NCBI GenBank assembly: GCA_026770705.1
Contig: JANJGN010000041.1
Span: 3,162,001-3,226,000 of the forward strand
Direction of reading: 5' to 3'
DNA: 64,000 nt
Source of the DNA: Isurus oxyrinchus
Lineage: Eukaryota
Every line of letters begins with the position of its first letter. Positions within the stretch are counted from its first letter, which is position 1. This document shows positions 1-12,399 of the stretch, piece after piece. The notes beneath the pieces were generated by a model. That model saw nothing but the letters and a program-made list of their open reading frames with translations, was not told the origin of the DNA and ran no database searches. A program made the position numbers and the translations under genes.

Positions 1-310
1 CGGCACTTTCAGCAAACTCAATGAATGTCCATCCGCCGGGGTTGCAGATCATAATTTCGATCATTTACCCCTCCCTGAGTATTGAAATTCTTCCTCATCT
101 CAGTTCTAAATGCACACCTCGTATACTGATATTGTTATAGCTGGTTTTAGACGCACCCGCCAGAGGAAACATCCATCAAAAATCTGCTCCACCAAAACGT
201 ATAAGAAAGATTAATGCTTCAGGGAGATCACTTCCCATTTACCAATGCTCCAGGAAGCAGAGGCCGAATCTTTTCAATGTCTCCACATAAGATAATCCCA
301 ATTATATTAC
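1..310 (-). mobile_element. CR1-type LINE 3' fragment
   Basis: ttcctcatctcagttctaaatg and ctggttttagac..ccagaggaaacatcc are the antisense of a CR1 ORF2 C-terminal region. Similar text occurs near 16300, 24050 and 62300. Confidence 0.55.
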
Positions 311-1259
311 CATAATCCAAGAAGTAAACTGTGGAACATTCCTTGTCGCAGAGCTACAACAACACCTAATGAAATCTACACTAAAGGAGCAAAATAGAAT
401 GCTTGACCAGCACCAAAAACATCAACATGAAGACTCCACCTGAAAATTGTAAAGCTGGGGATACACTGGGCTTGGGTTAGAAGTTATGGTTGTGCACAAA
501 TCAGCTTCAGCTGATGGTCCACAGTGCCCCGTCAATGCCCCCTTTTGAGTTCTTTATCAAGGTGAAACCTACCCCCATTTAGCACAATTGTTGTCTCACA
601 CAATAAGATGGAGGGAAGCCCCAATGGGAAGGCGGAATTTGTTTGTACTACGACCGTGCCCTGGTCAATCCTATCAATAATTGAATGGACCAATGGACAT
701 GTGGTGGGTAGATTAGTGGAGCGAATTCAATTAGGCTTTTGCCTCTGGTTGTTTCACTGACCACCTGCCAACATCCCAGTCGAGCATTTACCTTTTTGAC
801 TCTGCCAGCTGGGCCATTATTGGAGTTACCGATCCTCTCTTACTCACAGACATCGAGGTCCCCGACATAAAGCATTTTTTTTTTCTTGTCATTCCCCAAA
901 ACTTCGGCCAGTAATGATCATTGATTCATCTGCTGAGGGGAACAGCAGGTCATCACGAGGAGCGGATATTCATTGCCCATATATTACGTGATGTCATGAG
1001 ATTTCATTTAAGTACCACGTTCTCTCAGGTTCGTGGAAAATGGTGCACACTGAAAGTGCTCCAAAATGGTATTTAGGAAAGCAGTAATGCAATTGAGCGA
1101 CACCGAGTATTTGGATGAATAGTTCAACTTTTACATAAGATTATTTCTCTCAGATGTTTGCTGATGAATCATATGAACTTGAAAAGCAGTAAGAGTACTT
1201 ATTATTTTAATGATAAACAGCTTGAATAATTGAGTTCACGAAATGATTGCAAATGAAGC

Positions 1260-2840
1260 GATCTGCTTTGTCCTGGATTAAGTCAATATCCTTGAATTCT
1301 TTTGGAGCATAAATCATCTAGGCAGGTGTAGTGTCTCCCATCACACTCATGATGTGTGCACTTTAGATGGAGGAAAATATTTTGAGAGACAAAGTGTGCG
1401 ATGAGATTCTGACTTGCCCTTCTAATCAATGTTTCTTGTCAATGGTGTTTCCAAGGATGTTGAAAATCGGCGCTTCATTTAATGCCATTAAATTTCAAGG
1501 GCATTTTGTTAGATATTCTTCTGGTGCAGGTGGACATTGCCTGTCAATTGTGATAGGCGAATATTACTTGTCATTTTACAGCAGAAGTTTGGGTATTGCC
1601 CAGGTCTTGATGGACATGGCACAGATTTAATCAGCAGCTATGGTGTCGCGAATTATGCTGAACATTGAACAATGATAAGCGGACACAACCCCCTCCCACT
1701 ATCCCACCCCCTCCCTACTACACCAAACCTCCTTCTGTGTTTAAAAAGGAGAGACGTTAATTGATGCAGCAGCTTAAGATGGTTGGGCGCAGAACACTGC
1801 CCTGAGTCTCTCGTCCAGTGATGTCATGCGGCTGAGATGATTCCCCTGCAAAGCAAACAAAAGAAAATAAAAAATTTGTACTTTTTGCTTGATAAGACTC
1901 CAAACAATGGGGATGTTGCCCCTTCTTCTTATTGACTACAATTCGCATAGCCTTCCCTGATACATTGTGTGACAAATGTTGTCTTGATATAAAACACAGC
2001 CTCACCTCATGAGTGCAGCACGTTTGAATACATTTGGACTAAGGCGAACCGAGAGCTGTAGCACGCACAATGCAAATAGTGAGCGTCACTGAGCTGTTTG
2101 CTGCCGAGTACTTGGCGATTGAAAGCACTGCCCATGAGAATGTTCATCATTTTGAACATGATGAAGTGTAGGCAGATGGGGCTGTAATTAGATTCAGTGG
2201 ATTTGTCGTGTTTATTTTTTGTGGATAGGCATATCTGTGAAATTGTTCACATTTTCGCATGGATGCCAATATTTAAGATGCACCATTCCAGCTTCGATAG
2301 GAAGGCTTATTCAGGAGCAATTATCTCCCGTAGTATTGGCATTATCTAAAAGGACCTATAGCCTCTGCATCATCCAATTCCTTCAGTCTTTCCATAAATT
2401 AACGTGCTGAGAATCACACTGTATGATGACTGGCATCGGTGATGCTTGTCCTCCGTGGAGGAGGCCGGGATGGTTCATCCACCCGTCACTTCAGGGTGAA
2501 AATGGCTGCAAATTCTTCAGCCATGCATATGCACTGGTGTGATGTGCTCCACAATCATTGCCGCTGCCGATATTGGTGGGAGCCATCCAAAAGTGAGGTG
2601 CATAATTTCCCACCACCATTCATGGCGACTGTGACAGGACTTCAGAGCTGAGCTTTTGTTAAGTTGTAGGCGGATCAATGAGCTCTTTCTTTCTCATGCT
2701 GATTACGGTTTTTGCTTGCAGCCAGCCCGTCTTGCAATTGGTGTGGCTTAGCCGTTCTGTTAGGTATGATTGCTGCTGCTGTGGACATATGACAGATGTC
2801 AGCAATGTTCCTTCATTTGTGTATTTGACCTCGAAAGCCT
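1260..2840 (-). mobile_element. Decayed non-LTR retrotransposon, family A (RT region), in the intron of copy 1 only
   Basis: Antisense match to the copies at 8360-9290, 13240-15010 and 47080-48360 (for example ccatcacactcatgatgtgtgcactttagatgg and cttgatataaaa). Absent at the paralogous position of copy 2. Confidence 0.65.
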
Positions 2841-5800
2841 GGAAGGACAAGAGCAGAAGAGGAATGGGAACACTCATCATTACAAAATCCTTTCCAAGTC
2901 ACACACCAAGCTGACTTGGCGATACATCACCGTTGGATGACTGTCACTGGATCAAAACCTGGAAATCCTTCGCTCGTAGCATTGTGTCTGAAGTAACTGC
3001 ACATGGACTGCAGCACTAGAAAACTCTTAATTTCAAGGAGGGTTAGTGAAAACTGAAATAAAAGTTCTAATCTTGTCAATATATCCAAAAAAAAGTAAAA
3101 TGTTGCATGATGACGAATCTATGCATATTGATCTCCTTTTTGCATTGGAATGACGGCCCTGGCTATTTATTTTGTTCCAACTCCACAAAGATTAACTAAA
3201 AATGCAGGATTCAATGTAAATTATTTCGGAGAACACTGGCCCCTAACTGAGAACGTACAATTTAAATTCACTTCGGAATATCTATTTATTTAACAAAAGA
3301 TTTGTATGGAATTTTCGTCCTCAAATGCACTCCCTCTGCCCCACCCCCTCACCCACCAAATCCCCCAATCCCCAGTGCACAACCAGCTCAAAATTGACGA
3401 ATCCGCACGAAGATCAATGACGTGCATCGGTTATAATGACGTTACGTACATAAATCTCCCAGTTGCACATGGAGAACGGGAGGGCACCATCTTTTACAAA
3501 CTGCTAATTAGCAAGTTATTGAGTTTATGAACCACACAATCACATGTTTTCTTGACTTGTGCTTTGCACTTTGTATGGCCCAGACGAGAGAAAAAAATAT
3601 TGCTGGGCAGCTACCATTAGGCGAGAATCGCGCGGAAGAGAGTTTCTGCCTCCGGGACCATGATTAAATGCAGCAACAGTTTCTGCCTGGGAAGGTGGAA
3701 GCGCCTTCATGTTTACTTTTCAGATTTTTGTTTCTGGCCTGAGCTTTCAGCAAAAAATATTTTTGGAAAAACAGTTTCTGAGAGCAGGTGGTCTTGATCT
3801 TGCAGCCATAACGACTTTCCGTTCACAACTTTACACTCTGCCGCACGATGTTCAGGCTTTCACTGCCGATTTCACGTGGACCCCAATTGCATCACTCGTT
3901 GCCTACTCCCCGATAAGGAATTTAATGACTTGTTGAGCGCGAGATGGTATAAGGGTGGGTGAGTAGGAAAAGGGCTATTTTTACATTTCTCCAATTTCAC
4001 GCTGCCGAAATTAGTAAAATCCTGGCCGCTGTCTACTAATTGTAATGTTTCTTTATGGTCTTAATCACGATTCGCGTTTTGAACCTGCACCGGAGGATCT
4101 GTGTCACTTCTCTAGTATAACTGCTGCTGCACAAACACAATGCAGTGCATCGCACTCAGTGGTGCGTTCGCCAGAATATTAGCACATTCAATGAAATGAA
4201 TTATCCCTTAAGTATCAGTTTTGCATGCAAGATATGCCATAGAATATTGTTATTTTCTACTTACATTGCGAATAGAACATTGTTGTGAAAGTTACATGGA
4301 TTTTGGACCGTGGAGAAAACGCCCACGCTCTGTAGTTCTTCAGAACCGGGTGTTTGCAGTAACGAGCCCAAGAAGCACATAAACCAAAGTCCACTGCACC
4401 TGCTCCATGTTCCTTTTCACAAACAGCAAATCAATAACAGGACAGAAGCAGATTGCAGTTGCAGAGAGCAATGGGTTATTCTGGGGCATATATACATAGT
4501 CATGTCTCTAGTTTATTTAGCAGGGTATTATGTTGTTAACATATTTGATGTCTGTATACTTAACTTGCTAGCTCAATATTGAATAATGGTTTGGACAATT
4601 CACTACCTCATTCGGTAGATAATGAGTGGTTCATCCCTGAGGCATTTCAACGTTTACTTCGGAGGAATATTCTGGGAATATAATGGTAATTTATTGGACA
4701 ATATTTCAGATAATTAATTTATTTAAACTCTGGCTGCTTCGATATATATAATTGTTCAAATTACGGTATTGTTTAAAGTGTTTTCGTATTTACTGTGCTG
4801 GCCAGTACAGTTTCAGGTGCTGATATTTTGGCTCAACATATTTTTTATAATTCACAATAGCTTACGGATAATTATGTCTCTCAGTTTAAATGCTTATCAT
4901 TGTAGGAATATAAATATTTGGTTTGCTCAAATAAAAGTTATCGGGTAAATGAAGGTTAGTTTTCATTTTGACATATATTTTTAGCTGCAATTGTCTCAAA
5001 AAATCTTTGAATTCTAATGCTTCCACCCTGTCCCGTGCAGCCCACAAAGTCAAGAGAAACTCAAACTTTATTTTTTATCCATTTCCTGGCGTTTTCAAAG
5101 CTCCCATCCCCGAATAAAACTTTTCCCTGCGAACCTGCATAAGAATATCACCTTGTACTGATTGTCATTGTACAGCCACTGTGATGACGAATATGTAAAC
5201 TTGCATTCGGCCTCATCTATGCTGGTCTTTTAGGTAGCTCAGTGACCAATTTTTGGTCCTCTGTTTTTAGCATTCCATCTTTACCCTCACAATCGTTCAG
5301 AGAATTTTCGTGTCCATGGGCAATATTGTACTTCAAGCTGCAAGTGATGTTGCACAGTAACACTTCCGAGTACTTATCACATCTATAGACCACCAGCACT
5401 CTTTGCACTAGTACCTCTTCCAGAGTATATGCTACATGGCCCAGATTCTCTTTTGCGCATCGATTTTCCAATTTCACATTGTATCAAGAAATGAATTAAC
5501 TCTTTACATCTCCCACTTACCTTTTAATATTCACCATGCCCAGCCGTTTGTGTGCAATCAAATTGTCCAGGTCACATTTGCCCCCAGCAATCTCAAGCGT
5601 TATTTGACAATGTTTGCACAGTTTACATTGAAGATGTTCCTATCAAAAGACGAATTATCAACGCATGTTTTTTTCTTCCACATGCACTTTCACGTGTTCC
5701 AGTTAATATTTAGTACATGGAAGCCTCAAAAAGCTGACTGTGCATATTTAGATCAATTGCACGATTCTTTGCTGCAACAGGAAAAAAATTAATTATGTCC

Positions 5801-5844
5801 ATCTGTGTTGTATATCTCCTGCTCTCTCTATACCTCCCCTACAG

Positions 5845-6749
5845 TTAATGTTGTCGCGATTGTAATTCTTTCCCGACGAAAGTGTGGCCTCTCCAAATGT
5901 ATTACCCACTATATGATCGCAATGGCCACGGCGGATCTTCTGGTTGTTTGTGCAGAAGCCATTCTGAAGAATACGCTGGATATTTACTTCCCTGTTTTAT
6001 TCTTGACCAACAGCACCGTGTGCCAACTAAAGTTGACACTGTTTAATGTAGTCACAACAGCCTCAGTCTGGTTCACAGTGGTGTTCACCTTCGATCGTTT
6101 TGTTGTCATATGTTGTAAGCAGCTGCGAAAACAATATTGCACGGAGACAACAGCCGTAGCTGTCATATCAATGGTGAGTGTGTTGAGCTGTTTGATAAAC
6201 ATTCCCTGGTATTTTGCGTATGAACCAGCATATATAATGGACAATGTAAATCGTGGTTGTGTCCCGAAACAGACATTTTTCAGTTCTGCCAAATGGCTTG
6301 TATTTGACTTGTTCGCTCTTACCTTGACCCCATGTGCTCCATTCTTTCTAATTGTGTTGCTAAATGTTTTGACGGCTAGACATATTTTGGCAGCCAGTAA
6401 AGTTCGCAGGGGTCTCCACGGTTGCAGCAATGGAGAATATCACAAGGATTCTGTAATTGAAAGCCGAAGAAAGTCCATTATTTTGCTCTTCAGTATAACT
6501 GGCAGCTTTATATTGCTCTGGACAGCTCCACTTATATATCTCATCTCTCTGCGTGCAACAATCACATCGGATACTGACACAAATGAGCTTAAGTCAGTTG
6601 GATTCATGCTTGGGGTCCTCAGTTCCTGCACAAATACATTCATTTATGTGCTGACGCAGGCTAGGTTTAGGGAGGAAATAAAGAACGGAATGCAATACCT
6701 TGCAAAACTGTGCATAATGCTATGCAAAATAGAGCTGAAGACCCATTGA
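5845..6749 (+). CDS. GPR139/GPR142-like orphan class A GPCR, copy 1, terminal coding exon (TM1 end to C-terminus); first coding exon not found in window
   Basis: Open frame within ORF 5805..6749 with 7TM motifs: TM1 N (VNVVAIVIL), TM2 AxADL, TM3 Cys and SVWFTVVFTFDRF, TM4 NIPWY, ECL2 Cys, TM5 PF-LI-LLN, TM6 F-LLW-xP, TM7 TNTFIY, helix 8 RFREE. Polypyrimidine acceptor ctctctctatacctcccctacAG ends at 5844 (phase 1). The ORF's nominal start is GTG inside the intron, so an upstream exon is required. Confidence 0.9.
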
Positions 6750-6929
6750 CCTTTACAGGAGGACATAGAGGTTTTGCCCTGAATGTACTCATGTTAGAAA
6801 AATGCTTGTAACAACATTTAATATCCTACTAAAATGCTTTTTTCTAATATAATTTCAATTTAACTCAATTTCACAGGATACTGTAATCAATTGTGAAATG
6901 TATGTCATGAAAACAAGAATTTAACAATT

Positions 6930-6935
6930 AATAAA
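6930..6935 (+). terminator. Candidate polyadenylation signal for GPCR copy 1
   Basis: AATAAA about 180 nt after the TGA. The sequence is AT-rich, so chance occurrence is possible. Confidence 0.35.
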
Positions 6936-8359
6936 GAAAGTACTGAAGAGCCCGTGTTAACGTTGCAGAGTTTGAAAGGATGAATTGTGATGTCAGATTC
7001 TGACACCCTTGCATACATTGGGACAGTTGTTCTTATCAACAAGAGAACACCCAAAACGTCACCAGCTGGATCACAATAACTCGACAAATGTAACATATAC
7101 AAACATGAGAAATTTCCTACAACATCTATTCTGGGCCAAATAGTACATAGGGGGATTTTTCAGTGCAAGTTTCATTAAGTCTGGCCCCCTCCAAATTTCG
7201 AACAGTTGTGCAATGAGCTAATTCTCAGAGTTCCATATACCTCAGATGATTAAAACAAGGAAGGCCTGGTCATCGCTTATTTTGTGAGAGGACAGAAATT
7301 GGCACAATTGATCACTCATTCCCACGATCCATATGGCTGTGAAACGGCTCAATATATTTTATTCAAAACTGTTAAGTCCTATTTACCTTCGTTTCCTTTG
7401 AAAGCGCAAATAGCTCATACTTGTTATTTCACAATTAATGCTGCTACCATGTTCCCACATGCTCATTCACATCACTCACTGTTTCATGTCATCTGGTCCT
7501 TTCACACACACAGCCACCAAAATGCTGTTATCATAATTCTGGAAAGTTTTATTATGTTTAACTTGATATCCACTCATCAATATAGTGAGTGACGCTTCAA
7601 CCAGGTATCTGCACGAATTCCCAGCCAAGAAACGTCCGGGCACACATGGTCCTAGCATCAAATTCCTTATTTGTATACTTTACACATATTGAATGTGAAA
7701 AAATGTAATGTAATTCTTCTTGTCACATTATCTATTCATGTAGATAACTTAAATGCCGTTCGTAGAATGCAACCACAGACGAGCAACAGCACAGAAGCAG
7801 ATCATTTGGCCAGTCCTTCACTTATTGTCTTTTCGAAGGAAGGTCTGGCCGGCAGCCACTCCTCCAGCTTCTTCCTGTTATCTGGGTCATTCACTTTTCT
7901 CAGATGTTAATACACAATCCGCTTGACGATTTCTAATTAACCACCCTAATTACCCGGTAAAATGATTGGCCAGAACAACTGCCAATTAAAGCGGTATTAA
8001 ATAGAAAACTACAACTGCTGTCCTTGAATAAATTAACATTAAAAACAAGAATGATTTGGTCATGGCATGAGAGGCATAGCAGACATGAAATGCAACTACT
8101 GCCAATCTTTAATTGCTCTGACAGCAAAGCATACGTGATCCATCTTTTCTAGCAGCTACAGTGTTTCTTATATCTTCGCACTAGCTGCTTAGGCCCTGAA
8201 TTACTAAATGCCCACACCGCCGGTCAGCTAGCACTCCTTTTTAAATGTTTGTTCTGGCGTTTCGGCACGTGCACTTTCTAAATAGACACCCCGCCTGCTC
8301 AGCTTCCAGTCCTTTTAGTTCCTGAGAGAACCTGACTTCCTCAGGGTAGTGCCCGAGGC

Positions 8360-9290
8360 TCAAAGATGTTTAGCTCCCTCATCAATGCCCTTCTCTCCAT
8401 CTTCAGGTCGGAAAAAGGGGATGTTCGCTGACGATTGCGAAATGTTCAATACAGTTCGGGACTCCTAAGTTAAGGAGGTTGTCCATGGCCCAATGCAGCA
8501 TGTTCAGGCTTTGGCTGGCAATTAGCAAAGGACATTCACACCATACAGGTACCAGGCAATGATTATCTCCAAAAGAGAAAATCAATCCATCGCCCATTAA
8601 CATTCAATGGCGTTACCATCACCGAAAGTCACACTATCAGCATTGCTACGGTTATCATTGACCAGAAACACAACTGGGTTGGCCATATAAACACAACGTT
8701 TACAACTGCAGTTCAGATGCAAGAAATCCTGCGGTGTGTAATACAGCTCCTTGCTACATAATTCCTTTCCACCAAATACAAGGCCCAAGGTAGAATTGTG
8801 ATGGTATACACTCCATTTGCATGGATGTGGTCAGCTCCAATAGCAGTCAAGAAGCATGAACAATCAGCAGCTGATTGACACCACATCAATAAACCTTGAC
8901 TCCATCCACCACTGACGAAAAATTGCAGCATCGTGTACTACCTGCAAGGTGCACAGCAAGGGTTCTCTTAGTCACCTTAGACATTACCGTCTAAACCGAT
9001 GACCGCAACCATCTAGAAGGATGATGGGTAGCGGGTGCATGGGAACACAACAATCTGGAAGTTCCACACCAAGCTACTCACCAGCCTGTTTTGAAAAGAT
9101 AATCCTGTTTCTTAATTGTCGTTGCTTCAAATTCCAGGAACTCCATCCCTAAAAGCACAATGGGTTTAGGGTTACCGGAGGGACTGCTACATTCAAGAAG
9201 GTAGCTTAGCACCATCTTCTAAAGGGTACTTAAGTCTGGGTAATAAATGCTGTGCGATCTATTGACGCCAAGACCCCCTCAATGACTAAT
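8360..9290 (+). mobile_element. Family A LINE 3' portion, shared with the right arm
   Basis: RT remnant (gggatgttcgctgacgattgc, MFADD) and the family 3' tail (gggtaataaatgctg). Mirrored at about 31150-32100 with the same flanks. Confidence 0.75.
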
Positions 9291-9299
9291 AATAAATTA

Positions 9300-9715
9300 T
9301 CATTGTTTCTGTAGCTGCACAGCTCCGGCGCTTCCCATTTCTCCAGTCAGATAGCTCTGTTCTACTAAAGTCAAATCACTGTTGCAGCTAATACTTCCTG
9401 CTTCATTTAAAACTATGCTCTAGCTATTTAGCTCCCACACTTTTATAGGTCTTTGCTCTCGGGGAAGAGCACCGTCTACTTTCCAATCTGTGTTTTGATT
9501 ATCTAGCTCCCACTATTTTCTAACTCTGTTATGGGGGAACAGCCTCTTTCTTAACGGCTTTGACTATCTATCTTTCGCTCTTTTTAAATCTCTCCTGTGG
9601 CAGCTCAGCTCTCGCTCTTTTTACATTTCTGCATTGGCGCCTCAACTCCCCCTCTAATTAAAATATCATCTGTTCCTGTTCAGCTCCCCGCTCTCTCTAA
9701 ATCCCAGCTCTCAAT
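9300..9715 (+). repeat. Degenerate tandem repeat, unit about (c)agctcccgctctttttaaat; mirrored at about 30770-31040
   Basis: About six diverged units near 9430, 9505, 9572, 9607, 9645 and 9682. Reverse-complement units aaaagagcgggagct near 30910, 30945 and 31020. Confidence 0.6.
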
Positions 9716-9899
9716 GTTCAGCTGCAGCACTAAAAGAATAATTACACCTGCCCTGACTGCCAAGATCTAGCCGGGAATTTGAGATTGTTGATGTTAGTTA
9801 AGAATGATCACTGGTTTGTAACACCATGCCTGACAACAAGAACATGCTTGAACAAAATTAATTGCATTTTGATATCACAGCAGAGAAGAGTAATGAAGA

Positions 9900-10450
9900 G
9901 AATAAATAGTGAAGATGATTTTGAGATATTAATTGACAACTTATAACAGATAAGGCTGCTTAAGAAAATTTAGGCTCATTAAAGAGGACAAAAGCACGGG
10001 TTGTGGAAAGGAAGGGGTCGCTTTCCAATTACATCCAATTCAGTAATGCACAGAAAACGCACACTGTTTGTAGACGTTTTGTTTCAGTCTGGATGATGGT
10101 GGCCAGTGGTGTTCCCAACGAATCCGGGTTTGTGATATTTTTGCTCGATATAAACCAGTTGGATCTTGGAATACAGCAAAACGTCTGAAAATGTGTTAGT
10201 TATGCAAAAATGTTGTGAGTTAACCAGTGACGATGATACGAATCTGCTGCATTAAGACATGGAGGGACGAGCAAAATAGGCAGGAGATTAGCAGATGCAA
10301 TTTAATATATTGCAATGTAAAATAATTCAGCTTGGCAGAAGGTGTCGTGTGGGGAAATAGAGATGGAATGTCACTGTCCTAAAGTATGTGATAGAATGGA
10401 GGGGCCAAGGTGCATGTGCTTCGTTGTTAGAGTGTGGTAGACAGAGCTGT
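9900..10450 (+). mobile_element. CR1-type RT fragment, very decayed
   Basis: aagaaaatttaggctcat, gtggccagtggtgttccc (SGVPQ motif) and cagatgcaatttaat (QMQFN). Confidence 0.55.
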
Positions 10451-10649
10451 GCCTCGCATATGGAAAAGTGTGGCGAGCTCGCCTGGCAATGCACATTGAG
10501 GGCGGAATACGGACTTCGCTGGATGACCTGTGAATGCGGTGACCTTTCAGTAATGATTATGTTTGAAGGCGTCTGTTTAAGTGATACAAACGAGGTGCCC
10601 TATTCGGATTTAGGATTCAATGGCTAGCGCGATCAGAGACAGAGACAAT

Positions 10650-12330
10650 GGGGGAAATATTGCTCGGGAGCGAAGAAAAGACAGAAAGAAAACAAGAGAA
10701 TAAGAAAACCTTGAAATGTTCTCTGGAAAAGAAGAAGGCTTTTAAACGTTTCTCGGCAAATCTGCGAATTTTTGAATTAATGCACTCCAGCGAATGCACT
10801 CACCAAGTCTCAGGAAGAGGACGTTAGTGTGAAACGTACACAGGCTGATGAAACAGTGAATTCTTCCGCCGCATTTCCAACTGAAGAAGTAATCTATGGT
10901 CCATCAAGATGGCCAGATTTATTCAACATGTAGATGATAGACATTACAGCGAGGAGACGGCCTGTGAAAATAATCGGCAGTCCCTCTGTCTTTCCAAACG
11001 ATAATGTGAACGAAACCTTTCAGAATACTTAACCTCATTGGAAATGTCAAATGGAGAAAAAGTTGAATCAAATGACCTGTTGCACATGAAAAATCCCTGA
11101 TGCAGCTTTTTTTATTCCGCAGCAAATGTTACGGCTCAGAATCCACACGCAAATTATGCAAGGAATGCGGCAAAGCCTGCAAACATCTCAATGAAAGATT
11201 GCAATGTCATCGAATTATCCAAGGAGCGTATTCAAAACCCAACAAAATGGATTGAAAGAAAGTGAATGTTCCCAGAAATGAAGGTACTAGATGAGTAAGC
11301 ACATATAAATAAACAATGTGAAGAAAAAATGACTAGCAACGTTGACAGGCATGTTAGAAGCCGTTCAGCTCTTGTTGATCATAACTCAGATTTTGTCGAA
11401 CACATGCAAGACTTTATGAACACAACAATGAATCATTTCTTGGATTATTCAACATTAGAGCTAAATTCGAGCCAATTTGCAAGGATATGTCACATGCATC
11501 AATAACTAATACACTGCTGACCATTTTAATGGCTCTCTTATTCAAAATGAGCTAATTTCGATGTTGGCGTTGCAGGTGATGACCATAACCGTTATTGTAG
11601 AGTTGGAGGCTGCAATACCCCTTGCGCCTATTCCTTTCAATGCCCCTGGTCTGAGTGATAAAGATCAGATATACCTTGTGCTTCGTTAGGTTGATCTGAC
11701 TTCTGAAGATTTGAATTGAAGGGAGGATTTAATTCATTTTCTGCTGATTCAGGGCAACATTTGGCAAGGCCTGTCTGATACTCTCAATGATGCGCCAGAT
11801 GGGCTTGGCCTTAGCATCACTGACTGTAAGAGGCAGAGACACAACAATCGGATAAACATAAATGATCAGAAACGAGTCGTACAGGCCTGCCCTCTTCATC
11901 ACAACCGTCGAGGCGTTTAACTCCATGTGGCTGCCACAACTTATGTCTGGCATTGCAAGATATGGCAAAGTGTAGTTCTAAAACCATAACACTGCTTTCG
12001 AGTTGTGCAGCGAATTTAAACAATTTCAGTTTGAAATAATTGATGGCATTTATTGAGAGCAGATCCTTGCTGTATAAAGTAATTGTCAGACAGTTGGTGG
12101 GCTGTTGAGTGTAGAGTGGGAATGCAAGATGTTACCAAACATCTGATATTAGGAAGGCATTGATTACAGTTGCTGAAGAATGTGACAACTCAAACGTTAA
12201 AATAGAGACTTAGTCCACGAACAATGACGAAACCGAAGCTTTTGAATTTGGCTTTGCACTGGCTGAGTGGCACGACAGCATATTCGCCAGAAGCAGTGAC
12301 CCAGAATATTCGATCCTTCGAAATGCAGTT
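10650..12330 (+). mobile_element. hAT-superfamily DNA transposase fossil (ZMYM1-like/DUF4371 type)
   Basis: Reading across frameshifts gives MSNGEKVE (11044), LYEHNNESFLGL (about 11413), IQNELISMLA (11540), LGLSITDCKRQ (about 11805), PCGCHNLCLALQDMAKCSSK (11923; the hAT CxxH motif) and FEFGFALAEWHD (about 12240), in the expected order. No ORF in the track captures it. Confidence 0.8.
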
Positions 12331-12399
12331 TCGAGCGGCTTTAAGCAAAAGTGAAAAGCAGGCTGTGTAGCACTCGTAATAAGGTAAGGTATTATTTTC

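Larger units (their letters stand above)
2840..10000 (+). repeat. Left arm of inverted segmental duplication carrying GPCR copy 1
   Basis: Collinear reverse-complement similarity to about 30485-39400 across intron, CDS, 3' flank and shared transposon insertions. Examples: 3400-3535 vs 38670-38815; 7460-7580 vs 32890-33020; 9950-10000 gataaggctgctaagaaaatttaggctcat vs 30485-30535. Confidence 0.85.

Noticed and set aside
5984-6643. Antisense ORFs 5984..6430 and 6440..6643 (and 34194..34424)
   Set aside because: Shadow frames of the GPCR coding strand with no independent motifs.
11729-11968. Minus-strand ORF with hydrophobic FLIIYVYPIVVSLP resembling a GPCR first exon
   Set aside because: It is the antisense of the hAT transposase fossil.
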